64,000 nucleotides of DNA from Thermotogota bacterium. GTDB taxonomy: Bacteria > Hydrothermota > Hydrothermia > LBFQ01. The translations under genes were made by a program, and so were the position numbers. Below are positions 8,369 to 16,328 of the stretch, piece by piece. Within the stretch, counting starts at the first letter, position 1; the number at the start of each line of letters is the position of its first letter. The DNA is taken from assembly GCA_013153965.1 (NCBI GenBank), contig JAADDJ010000016.1, positions 23,530 to 87,529 on the forward strand. The letters are read 5' to 3'. The notes under the pieces are model-generated. The model saw nothing but the letters and a program-made list of their open reading frames with translations, searched no databases and was not told where the DNA came from.

Positions 8369-9389
8369 GAGGCTCTCATTCCACAATCCGAAGGGGGAGA
8401 CGGCTCGCAGACTTGGGGTCTTGGCGGCCAAGGTCCTCGGAGTTCGCAGCCTGTTTGAGGCCTTCGCCGGAGGGGGGAGCCGGACCCTCCTCTACGCCCG
8501 CCATCTTTCCCTAAGGCGACACCACGTCAATGAGGGGAACCGCCGTTTCCTGTGCGAGCTTCTCTACCGCTACCTTCGGGAAGAGCTTCCCGCTGACACC
8601 CTGACCCTGAGCGTTGAGGACTTTCTGACGGGCTGGCGTAGATTCGCATGCTCCGGCGAGAGGTACGACTGGGTGGACCTGGACCCCTTCGGGAGTCCAT
8701 CCCCCTATCTGGTGGGGGCCTTGAGTCTCGTCCGTCCCGGCGGTTTCATATACATCACATCAACCGACACGGCCACGCTGGCGGGGAGGAGGAGGGGGGA
8801 TGACGTGAGACTCTACGGGATACCTCTCCGAGGGTGGGAGAGCCACGCGGAGTTAGGGGCGCGCACCCTCATATACACGGTGTGGAGTGCGGCGAACCAT
8901 CTCAACATGTACGCAAGGCCCCTCTTTACGTACTACGAGGGCTACGCCCATCGGCTCCTGGTGCAGGTGGAGGATAGGAGGAGAGCTGAGGGTATAGGAT
9001 ACGTGCATAGGTGCTCCGGCTGCGGCACGTACTTCACGGCGGAGAGGCCCGAGAGCGCCTGCCCGGTGTGCGGGGAGGAGGCGAAGGCCGTAGGCCCCCT
9101 GTGGATAGGCCCCCTCTACGACAGGGCTCTCCTCCGCGAGATGGAATCCGTAGCCCGGAATCTCAAATGGAAGAAGGCTCTCAAAAGCCTGCGGCTCATC
9201 GGCGGAGAGGTAGATGCCCCCATGTACTACATCCTGAGCGACCTGCGCCTTCCCTCAACCCCGTCGGTGCGCTCGGTCGTGCGTCGCCTCCGCGAGGGGG
9301 GATACGAGGCGAGTAGGACCCAGTTTCATCCGGGGGCGGTCAAGACCAACGCGCCCGCTCCGGAGGTCGCCCTGGCGGCTTTAGGTTAA
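8358..9389 (+). CDS. trm1: tRNA (guanine-N2)-dimethyltransferase, Trm1 family
   Basis: Motifs FAGGGSRTL, VDLDPFGSPSPYL, ITSTDTATLAG, and the Cys4 cluster CSGCG..CPVCG typical of Trm1. Confidence 0.75.
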   Translation: MEIERLSFHNPKGETARRLGVLAAKVLGVRSLFEAFAGGGSRTLLYARHLSLRRHHVNEGNRRFLCELLYRYLREELPADTLTLSVEDFLTGWRRFACSGERYDWVDLDPFGSPSPYLVGALSLVRPGGFIYITSTDTATLAGRRRGDDVRLYGIPLRGWESHAELGARTLIYTVWSAANHLNMYARPLFTYYEGYAHRLLVQVEDRRRAEGIGYVHRCSGCGTYFTAERPESACPVCGEEAKAVGPLWIGPLYDRALLREMESVARNLKWKKALKSLRLIGGEVDAPMYYILSDLRLPSTPSVRSVVRRLREGGYEASRTQFHPGAVKTNAPAPEVALAALG

Positions 9390-9400
9390 TCGCTCTACCT

Positions 9401-9406
9401 TAAAAT
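9401..9406 (+). promoter_or_regulatory. -10 box TAAAAT, 8 nt upstream of TTG 9415 (leaderless-type)
   Basis: Sequence ACCTTAAAATTGGAAGTT-TTG. The ORF-track start 9406 overlaps the box itself. Confidence 0.45.
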
Positions 9407-9414
9407 TGGAAGTT

Positions 9415-10620
9415 TTGGGGAGGAAGGTCTTCTTTAAGACATTCGGATGTAGGACCAACCAGTACGATACGGAATTTTTGAAGAGTCAGATGAGGAGGTC
9501 GGGATTCTCCATCGTGGAGAGTCCGGAGGAGGCGGATACGGTAATCGTAAATTCGTGCGCCGTCACGCACAAGGCCGAGAGGGAGAGTCGGCGGGAGGTG
9601 CGCAGGCACTTGAGGAGGGGGAAAGAGGTCATATACACCGGATGTGCCGCCAAGGTCAATCCCTACGAGGAGGCCCACCTCTCCGGCTCCATGGAGGACG
9701 TCCTACGGCACTTCGGCATAGAGACGCTCTCTCCCATAGACACATTTACGAGGGCGAGGGGAATATTGAAGGTTCAGGAGGGTTGCAACTTCGTCTGCTC
9801 CTACTGCATCATACGTTTCGCCAGAGGTTCCTCAAGGTCCATACCTCTTGAGAGGATCCTACAGGACGCCGACAATCTCTCCCGAATCACCCGGGAGATA
9901 ACCCTCACCGGGACCCAGATAGGAGACTGGGGACGAGAGTGGGGCAAGGATTTGGCCTACCTCTTGGACGTCCTCACCGAGAGGTACCCGGACGTGCGAT
10001 TTCGGATATCCTCAATAAGTCCTCTGGACGTGTCCGAGAGACTTCTAAAGGTGATGGTGGAGAGGCCGAACGTCTGCCCCCACCTTCACGTCTCCGTTCA
10101 GAGTGGGAGCGACCGCGTACTGCGGGCCATGAGGAGGCCCTACACCCGCCGCCTCTACGAGGAGAAACTTCGGATGATATACTCCCACATTCCCGACATC
10201 GCCGTCGGTACGGACATCATAGTGGGGTTTCCCGGCGAGACGGAGGAGGATTTCTCCCAGACCTTAGGCCTGGTGGAGGCGTACCCCTTCGCGTACATCC
10301 ACGCCTTTGAGTACTCACCCCGTCCCGGAACTCCCGCCTACACCTTGAGGGAGGTACCGGCCCCGGTCCGCAAGCGTCGTATCCGTCGCCTTCAGGAAGT
10401 CATAGCATCCAAGCGCCGGGCCTATCGGAGGAGATTCATCGGGAAAGTTCTGAGGGCGCACGTGGAGAAGAGCGAGGATGGCCTCCTCTACGGAACGACG
10501 GAGAATTACCTGAAGGTAGCCTTTGAGGGAAATCCCGCTCTCGTCGGGAGCATCGTTCCCGTCAGGATAGTGGAGGACAGGGACACGGGAGTTTTGAACG
10601 CGCGCTTACTGCGGCTTTAA
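9415..10620 (+). CDS. mtaB: Radical-SAM methylthiotransferase, MtaB-like (MiaB/RimO family)
   Basis: Motifs KVFFKTFGCRTNQYDTE, NSCAVT, radical-SAM CNFVCSYC, and a C-terminal TRAM-like segment. An alternative start lies at 9406. Confidence 0.75.
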   Translation: MGRKVFFKTFGCRTNQYDTEFLKSQMRRSGFSIVESPEEADTVIVNSCAVTHKAERESRREVRRHLRRGKEVIYTGCAAKVNPYEEAHLSGSMEDVLRHFGIETLSPIDTFTRARGILKVQEGCNFVCSYCIIRFARGSSRSIPLERILQDADNLSRITREITLTGTQIGDWGREWGKDLAYLLDVLTERYPDVRFRISSISPLDVSERLLKVMVERPNVCPHLHVSVQSGSDRVLRAMRRPYTRRLYEEKLRMIYSHIPDIAVGTDIIVGFPGETEEDFSQTLGLVEAYPFAYIHAFEYSPRPGTPAYTLREVPAPVRKRRIRRLQEVIASKRRAYRRRFIGKVLRAHVEKSEDGLLYGTTENYLKVAFEGNPALVGSIVPVRIVEDRDTGVLNARLLRL

Positions 10621-10623
10621 AAT
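10618..10623 (+). promoter_or_regulatory. -10 box TAAAAT, 6 nt upstream of GTG 10630 (leaderless-type)
   Basis: Sequence GCTTTAAAATTCCACC-GTG. The mtaB TAA stop is the first 3 nt of the box. Confidence 0.5.
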
Positions 10624-10629
10624 TCCACC

Positions 10630-10989
10630 GTGGGGAAGATGCTGCTCAAGATGGTTCTGCCCCGCATACGGGGCATGGGGGATGTCGTTGAGGTTATTCG
10701 GGCGGTTGATAGGCTCCTGAAGGAGAGGGGGAAGGATGGCATCCTTGAGGACGTGAGTCTGATTCTGAACATGCTCAAGATGACCCTAAGGGGTGAGTAC
10801 GCCTTGGAGCGCAGGACCACATTCGCGCTCGCCGCTGCCCTCCTCTATTTCCTGATACCCACCGATGCCCTTCTGGACTACGTTCCGTTGGTGGGGTACG
10901 TTGATGATGCGGCGGTCCTCACCTACGTCCTCAACGCCTTCTCCCGGGAGTTGGAGAGATTCCGTAAGGTCAGCGGCGTTCCCGGCTGA
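10630..10989 (+). CDS. DUF1232 (YkvA-like) membrane protein
   Basis: LLYFLIPTDALLDYVPLVGYVDDAAVLTYVLN matches the DUF1232 signature as I remember it. Confidence 0.6.
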   Translation: MGKMLLKMVLPRIRGMGDVVEVIRAVDRLLKERGKDGILEDVSLILNMLKMTLRGEYALERRTTFALAAALLYFLIPTDALLDYVPLVGYVDDAAVLTYVLNAFSRELERFRKVSGVPG

Positions 10990-11285
10990 TGGGTATCCCC
11001 TACTCTTGCCCGTACAGGAGCATAACCGGAATACCCGACGGCGGGTGCGGCACGTACAGGTCGCTCATGGCGCTGCTGAAGGGGGATATAGCCGGCAGTC
11101 TCTATCTGAATCCTCTGACGCTCCCGACTCTCCTGCTCCTCGGTCTGATGCCTTTTTTGCCGCTCCGGCGCAGGCTCCTACTCCTCAAGGGCATAATCTT
11201 GGCGTACGCCCTCCTCACGATAGTGAGGCTCCTTTTACATCTCGCGGGGCTTAGGGTGCCCTTTATCTATCCGCCCGAGCTCTGA
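10989..11285 (+). CDS. DUF2752-like membrane protein
   Basis: N-terminal CPYRSITGIPDGGCGTYRS motif followed by hydrophobic helices. ATG overlaps the upstream stop (TGATG). Confidence 0.55.
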   Translation: MGIPYSCPYRSITGIPDGGCGTYRSLMALLKGDIAGSLYLNPLTLPTLLLLGLMPFLPLRRRLLLLKGIILAYALLTIVRLLLHLAGLRVPFIYPPEL

Positions 11286-11581
11286 TCCTCCTCCGGGACG
11301 GATGTCATAGCCCCGTAGTAGTTCATCAGGGTGTCAATTATGAAGGCCCAGATCCAAGCCACTATGGACGTGAGACCGCAGGTGATGAAGCCGGCCAGAT
11401 AGAGGACCAGCTGGATGATGCCGTTGCGCTTTATGGCCTCGGGGTCCGCGTTCGGATTCTTGCCCGTGCGCTTGAGGGCCTCCGCTATCTCACGGTATGC
11501 TATGATGTGGCCGAGACCCGGAATCAGCAGGTCAAGTATCAAAACCAGTATCGCCTTATCCTTTATCTCTTTTGCCGTCAT
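11267..11581 (-). CDS. Small two-TM membrane protein (possibly TM2-like)
   Basis: Two hydrophobic segments (AILVLILDLLIPGLGHII; IIQLVLYLAGFITCGLTSIVAWIWAFII). The 3' end overlaps the convergent 10989-11285 CDS by 19 nt. Confidence 0.5.
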   Translation of the reverse strand: MTAKEIKDKAILVLILDLLIPGLGHIIAYREIAEALKRTGKNPNADPEAIKRNGIIQLVLYLAGFITCGLTSIVAWIWAFIIDTLMNYYGAMTSVPEEDQSSGG

Positions 11582-11590
11582 GATACCGGC

Positions 11591-11596
11591 ATTTTA
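11591..11596 (-). promoter_or_regulatory. -10 box TAAAAT, 9 nt upstream of ATG 11581 (leaderless-type)
   Basis: The minus strand reads AGTTAAAATGCCGGTATC-ATG. Confidence 0.45.
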
Positions 11597-11648
11597 ACTG
11601 CGATGAGGGTGAGGCCGGGGGAATTTTGCCGACAATTCTGCAAACGGG

Positions 11649-12710
11649 CTAAGTTTGTACCTTTATCGGCACAAGGGTGAAGGACAGGAGCAGGAGCAAC
11701 AGGGAGATGACGCCCACGACCTTCTCGGCGGTGGTTATCTCCCTCTCGTTGAAGATGGGCGGGGGATGCCACGGCCCCATGAGGATACCTATGAAGGCCC
11801 AGACCCACCAACCGTTCCACAGGAGTCCAGCCGGAAGCATGGCCAGTATGACCGCCCATCCAACCTTCCGATGGATTCTCGGGAGGAGGGCGTAGAGGAT
11901 ATGACCCCCATCAAGCTGGCCCAGAGGTATGAGGTTGAGGGCCGTGACGAATATGCCCACCCAACCGGCGAAGGCCACCGGATGTATGAGCAACTCCTTG
12001 CCCTCGGGGACTCCTCCGAGGACGAGCTTCACCATCAGCTTGAATATGAGGGGCTCGCCGAATACCAGCTTTATGCCTCCAAGTTGGGGGGAGACTATCT
12101 GGCTCATGGATAGGCCTACGGCCAGAATGGGTAGAGCCACTATGAAGCCCGCTATGGGACCGGCGAAGGCCATGTAGAGCAGGGCCCTCCGGCTCGGCAG
12201 TATCCCCCTCAGGCGTATGACGGCCCCCATTGTCCCTATGAGCGAGGGGAATGGGATGAAGTACGGCAAGGATGCGGGTATCCCGTACCTTCTGGCCACC
12301 AGATAGTGTCCGAACTCGTGGGCTCCGAGTATGGCGAGGAGGGGAAGGGCGAAGACCCAACCCTCCAGTATGCCCCATCCGAAGGGATCCGCCCCCACGT
12401 TCAGGGCCCCGGCGAAGAAGGTGGATATGAGGGTGAGGACGAACATCACGACGTTTAACCATGGGAACTCCCGTCTCTCGTACGCTATCAGATGGACGGC
12501 CAGCCTCCCCCTGTCGCGATAGACTATGGTCCTCGGAAAGAGCCGGTTTCTCTCTATCACCTTCACGTCCTCATCCGTGTAATCGCCTATTAGGATCAGT
12601 ATGTACCCTCCCTCCTTGCCGGTGTCGTACGCTTTGAAATCGGCCAAGATGAACTTGCCATATACGTAGGACCGCAGGAAGAGTGCGAGATTAGAGAGCT
12701 CTTGATGCAT
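11649..12710 (-). CDS. Site-2 protease family (peptidase M50) membrane metalloprotease
   Basis: HEFGHYLVARRYG (HExxH) and LDGGHILYALL motifs within multiple TM helices. It overlaps the gatA 3' end by 20 nt. Confidence 0.8.
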   Translation of the reverse strand: MHQELSNLALFLRSYVYGKFILADFKAYDTGKEGGYILILIGDYTDEDVKVIERNRLFPRTIVYRDRGRLAVHLIAYERREFPWLNVVMFVLTLISTFFAGALNVGADPFGWGILEGWVFALPLLAILGAHEFGHYLVARRYGIPASLPYFIPFPSLIGTMGAVIRLRGILPSRRALLYMAFAGPIAGFIVALPILAVGLSMSQIVSPQLGGIKLVFGEPLIFKLMVKLVLGGVPEGKELLIHPVAFAGWVGIFVTALNLIPLGQLDGGHILYALLPRIHRKVGWAVILAMLPAGLLWNGWWVWAFIGILMGPWHPPPIFNEREITTAEKVVGVISLLLLLLSFTLVPIKVQT

Positions 12711-13980
12711 AGAGCCCGAACCCCACGCTCCTCTCGTCCTCCCCGAAGGGCGCCACTATCTGAACGCCTACGAAATCTCCGAGGGGCATGTTCAAAGCGG
12801 GAACGCCTGCCAGACTGAAAGGTACGGTGAGGGTGTCAAGCCTGTAGTACTCAACCGGCGAGAAACCCGCCCCTATGGGCGGAGGAAGTACGGGATTGGT
12901 CGGAGTTATCACCACATCAACCCTCTTGAACCATCCGTCAATCTCATCTCTAACGAGACGACGCGCCTTGAGGGCCTTGAGGTAGTAAGCCTCATAGTAT
13001 CCGTGCGAGAGGACGAAGGTGCCGACCATTATTCGCCTCCTCACTTCCCTACCGAACAGGGAGCGGGTGCGCACGTACGTATCCAAGAGATCCCTACCGG
13101 GAATCCGTATCCCGTATCGCACGCCGTCGTATCTGGCGAGATTGGAGGAAGCCTCCGCCGTGGCTATCACGTAGTAGGCGGCCAGGGCGAACTCTCCGCT
13201 CTCCAGATGCAGGTCCACCACCTCGTTTCCCCTCTCCCGAAGCCTCTCAACGAACGCGAGGAACCTCTCCCTTATGGGTGGCGCCACGCCGTCCAGATGC
13301 TCCCTTACGACCCCCACGCGAAACTTTTCCTTTGAGGCGAACCTCTCGGCCTCATCGTAGGAGAAGGGGGGCAAATCCAAGGACGTGGCATCGTTGGGGT
13401 CGTACCCGGATATCACCTCCATCACCCTCGCCAGATTCACCACATCGGACGATATGGGACCGATAACGTCCAACGATGAGGCGAAGGCTATGAGCCCGAA
13501 TCTGGAGACCCGGCCGTAGGTGGGTTTCAGCCCCCAAACGTTGCAGAAGGCGGCCGGGAGCCTTATGGAGCCTCCCGTATCGCTTCCCAAGGCCACCGGT
13601 ACCGTACCGGAGCCCACCAGAGCGGCGGAGCCGGAGGAGGAGCCTCCGGGAACCAGCTCGGGAGCGTGGGGATTCTTCGTCGGACCGAAGGCGGAATTCT
13701 CACCCGTTGAGCCCATGGCGAACTCGTCCAGATTGCTCTTGGCCACGATCACAGCCCCCGCCTCCTTGAGTTTCCGCACGACGGTGGCGTCGTAGGGGGG
13801 GATGTAATTCTCCAGAATCTTTGATGCGGCGGTCGTCCGAATGCCGGCCGTTAAGATGTTGTCCTTCACGGCTATCGGCATCCCCGCGAGGGGGCCGTCC
13901 TTCGGCTCCTCATCCACGTCAGGTACGGTTATGACGGCGTTGAGGGGATCCTCCCTCAAGGCGGCGAGAAGGTCTCTCAT
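12691..13980 (-). CDS. gatA: Glutamyl-tRNA(Gln) amidotransferase subunit A
   Basis: Motifs GPLAGMPIAVKDN, NLDEFAMGSTGENSAFG, GGSSSGSAALV, GSDTGGSIRLPAAFC. The start is set at MRDLLAALRED. The longer track ORF (to 14682) runs antisense through mscL. Confidence 0.9.
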   Translation of the reverse strand: MRDLLAALREDPLNAVITVPDVDEEPKDGPLAGMPIAVKDNILTAGIRTTAASKILENYIPPYDATVVRKLKEAGAVIVAKSNLDEFAMGSTGENSAFGPTKNPHAPELVPGGSSSGSAALVGSGTVPVALGSDTGGSIRLPAAFCNVWGLKPTYGRVSRFGLIAFASSLDVIGPISSDVVNLARVMEVISGYDPNDATSLDLPPFSYDEAERFASKEKFRVGVVREHLDGVAPPIRERFLAFVERLRERGNEVVDLHLESGEFALAAYYVIATAEASSNLARYDGVRYGIRIPGRDLLDTYVRTRSLFGREVRRRIMVGTFVLSHGYYEAYYLKALKARRLVRDEIDGWFKRVDVVITPTNPVLPPPIGAGFSPVEYYRLDTLTVPFSLAGVPALNMPLGDFVGVQIVAPFGEDERSVGFGLYASRAL

Positions 13981-13989
13981 CCACCGGCT

Positions 13990-13995
13990 ATTATA
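13990..13995 (-). promoter_or_regulatory. -10 box TATAAT, 9 nt upstream of gatA ATG 13980 (leaderless-type)
   Basis: The minus strand reads GGCTATAATAGCCGGTGG-ATG. Confidence 0.5.
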
Positions 13996-14023
13996 GCCTT
14001 GAAACCCTGCCGGCGACATCCCG

Positions 14024-14029
14024 TAAAAT
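14024..14029 (+). promoter_or_regulatory. -10 box TAAAAT, 8 nt upstream of mscL ATG 14038 (leaderless-type)
   Basis: Sequence CCGTAAAATACCCGGCT-ATG. Confidence 0.5.
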
Positions 14030-14037
14030 ACCCGGCT

Positions 14038-14466
14038 ATGTTGAAGGAATTCATAAACTTCATAAAGCGCGGCAACGTTCTGGATATGGCCATCGGTATC
14101 GTAATTGGGATGGCCTTCGGAGCCGTGGTGAAGTCCTTCGTGGATAACATTCTCATGCCCCCCATAGGTCTCCTTCTCGGCGGTACCGACTTCACCAACC
14201 TCTTCATAGTCCTCAAGCCCGGAGATCCCCCCGGACCCTATCCCACGCTTGAGGCCGCCCGTGAGGCTGGGGCCGTGGTATGGTCCATAGGTCTCTTCAT
14301 AAATGCGGTGGTCAATTTCCTGATAATAGCCCTCGCCGTCTTCCTCGTCGTGAAGGCCGTCTCCCCTCTCTTTAAGAAGAAGGAGGAGAAACCTGCCGCT
14401 CCGCCCGAGCCTCCGGAGGAGATCAAGCTCCTGCGTGAGATTCGCGACGCCCTGAAGAACCGCTAA
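14038..14466 (+). CDS. mscL: Large-conductance mechanosensitive channel
   Basis: MLKEFINFIKRGNVLDMAIGIVIGMAFGAVVKSFVDNILMPPIG is a near-canonical MscL N-terminus. A second TM helix and a charged tail follow. Confidence 0.9.
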   Translation: MLKEFINFIKRGNVLDMAIGIVIGMAFGAVVKSFVDNILMPPIGLLLGGTDFTNLFIVLKPGDPPGPYPTLEAAREAGAVVWSIGLFINAVVNFLIIALAVFLVVKAVSPLFKKKEEKPAAPPEPPEEIKLLREIRDALKNR

Positions 14467-16226
14467 CGTACGACCACCCTGTACGTGCGACTTCCACGCT
14501 TCACGAAGAATATTCCTCGGCGGGGGAACCGAACGGTTCCCTCGCCCTCTCCTATCTTCCTTCCATCGGGCGTGTATATCTCGTAGCGCCCATCCACGAA
14601 GAGGTTTCCCCTCCTTAGTATGATCTCCCTGTCCTCCCGTGTGGAGACGGCGGAGCATACCTCCAAGGCCTCCGGAATCCACAGGGAGTACATGTAGAAG
14701 TCGCCGGAGTTTATCTGGGAGTTCTCATCCACGTCAAACCACAGGGCCACCAGCACGTCGTACGTCCCGGGCGAGACGCCGGAGGGAACGACGAAGTGTC
14801 GGTATGTGGCCGTAGTTCCGGGCGGTATGACCACCAAGGTATCCCTCTGGGGATCGCTGAAGAACGTACCGTTGTAGATTGACGCTCCGAGCATTATGTG
14901 GGTGTGCTCGTACTCGGCGAAGGACGCGACGCTGAGGTCTATGCGGAAGGTATCTCCCTCGCACACGGCCGTGGGAGAGACGGAGGCGGCCGTAATGTGC
15001 ATGGGTGTGGATAGATAGTATCCCCCCGGATTGTAGTAGTGGTCGTTTATCCACTTCCACGTGTAGCCGGAGTCCGCCCATCGGGACGATCCCCACTGGC
15101 ACATACCCCTGCCGTGGCCGTTGCAAACCTCTCCGGAGCATACGGGGTCGTATATGCAGGGCCAATAGACGCCATCCCCGGAGTATCCGTCGCCGCATCC
15201 ACAGTCGTTATTCTCCGCCGAATACTCGGAGCGAGCCACCTCTCCCGAATCGTCAAGCATTATTCCAGACGTATATACCGCCGCCGCCTCGGTGGATGCG
15301 TAGCTGTCCGAGGGGTCCCACACCTGGCAGCAGGTGGAGTTGCATATGTCGTAAGATGACGTGAGGGGATGGGCCACGTACCAAGCCCCGTAGCTGCGGT
15401 ACGGTACGGCCCCCGCCCGCAGAGAGTGGTCGGGCCAGCTGGCTATCCACTCGTCGTCAAGCCCAAATCGGACGTACGTCTCCAGCGATACCACGGACAC
15501 GGATGTGCAGGTGGTGCAATCGCAGTCGGTACCGACCCTTATCGTGGTCGGGGGAATCAGAAGGGTAGCCAACAGCCTCTCATCGGAGGCTCTGGGGGGT
15601 CGTGCTTTTTTTTTGACGTCGGGGGGCTCCTTCGGGGAGAGGAGACCGTGCTCCTTCCGGACCACCCGCCTACCGCTCCCCTCAACGAGGGTGGCGTTCA
15701 GACGCCTTACCCCCTCAACTACGAGGTCCTCCCTGACGAGTTGCGTGTAGCCCTCCTTGAGGAATCGCACCTTGGCGTGGTGAGGCTCCTCGCCATCCGC
15801 CGGCCGAACGGGAAATGTTAGCCGATAGTATCCCTCATCGTCGGTGCGCGCCCTGAAGGTCCCCCACGGCGTCTCCACCTCTACGACGACCCCCTTAATG
15901 GGTCGGAGAGACCCGCCATCCACCACCCATCCGTACCACACCGCCATTCCCCTCTCCCCCTTCGGAGGACGCGGCGGATCCTTCGGGTACAGGAGAAAGC
16001 GGTAGCGTTTGGGGGAATTTTCCCCCACGTTTATGACGGTGGTAATCGGGGAATGGGAGGGAGCCGAAACTTGAACGCGATGCTCCCCCTCGGGGAGGTC
16101 CAAAGTCAGCACGCCGCCCCGCACCTCGTAAGGCTTGCCATCTACGGACATCTCCGCATCCAATCCGTACCACCTTACCGCATCAACTATCTCAAATTCC
16201 ACGGAAACGGCGAGGAGGATTATCAT
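14463..16226 (-). CDS. SpoIID/LytB-like domain protein with carboxypeptidase-regulatory-like N-terminal domains and T9SS-type C-terminal sorting domain
   Basis: GVVVEVETPWGTFRARTDDEGYYRL is a CarboxypepD_reg-like segment. LETYVRFGLDDEW..SLRAGAVPYRSYGAWY..CNSTCCQVW..AVYTSGIML fits the SpoIID layout. A Cys-rich insert is present. C-terminus YEIYTPDGRKI..GIFFVKRGSRTYRVVVR. Confidence 0.6.
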   Translation of the reverse strand: MIILLAVSVEFEIVDAVRWYGLDAEMSVDGKPYEVRGGVLTLDLPEGEHRVQVSAPSHSPITTVINVGENSPKRYRFLLYPKDPPRPPKGERGMAVWYGWVVDGGSLRPIKGVVVEVETPWGTFRARTDDEGYYRLTFPVRPADGEEPHHAKVRFLKEGYTQLVREDLVVEGVRRLNATLVEGSGRRVVRKEHGLLSPKEPPDVKKKARPPRASDERLLATLLIPPTTIRVGTDCDCTTCTSVSVVSLETYVRFGLDDEWIASWPDHSLRAGAVPYRSYGAWYVAHPLTSSYDICNSTCCQVWDPSDSYASTEAAAVYTSGIMLDDSGEVARSEYSAENNDCGCGDGYSGDGVYWPCIYDPVCSGEVCNGHGRGMCQWGSSRWADSGYTWKWINDHYYNPGGYYLSTPMHITAASVSPTAVCEGDTFRIDLSVASFAEYEHTHIMLGASIYNGTFFSDPQRDTLVVIPPGTTATYRHFVVPSGVSPGTYDVLVALWFDVDENSQINSGDFYMYSLWIPEALEVCSAVSTREDREIILRRGNLFVDGRYEIYTPDGRKIGEGEGTVRFPRRGIFFVKRGSRTYRVVVR

Positions 16227-16232
16227 ACGGTA

Positions 16233-16238
16233 ATTTTA
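16233..16238 (-). promoter_or_regulatory. -10 box TAAAAT, 6 nt upstream of ATG 16226 (leaderless-type)
   Basis: The minus strand reads CCACCTTAAAATTACCGT-ATG. An in-frame TAA inside the box rules out a longer N-terminus. Confidence 0.5.
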
Positions 16239-16311
16239 AGGTGGCATCTACAGAGTGCCGGATGTAAAGTCTTGAACGGTTTTGCAGGCTGTCGGTTTCC
16301 CCTGTCCGTCG

Positions 16312-16317
16312 TATAAT
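16312..16317 (+). promoter_or_regulatory. -10 box TATAAT, 11 nt upstream of thiE ATG 16329
   Basis: Sequence GTCGTATAATCCCTTACTTGA-ATG. No SD and no TPP-riboswitch-like sequence appear in the 102-nt spacer. Confidence 0.45.
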
Positions 16318-16328
16318 CCCTTACTTGA

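Noticed and set aside
13981-14682. N-terminal 234 codons of the 663-aa track ORF 12691-14682 (minus)
   Set aside because: GatA similarity begins exactly at MRDLLAALRED (ATG 13980), which has its own TATAAT box 9 nt upstream. The extension has no GatA-like sequence and runs antisense through the well-supported mscL gene. It is a typical GC-rich shadow frame.
16227-16328. Possible TPP riboswitch upstream of thiE
   Set aside because: The spacer is only 102 nt. It lacks the CUGAGA/ACCUGAUCUGGAUAAUGCCAGCG-type conserved cores and holds two -10 boxes close to the flanking start codons.
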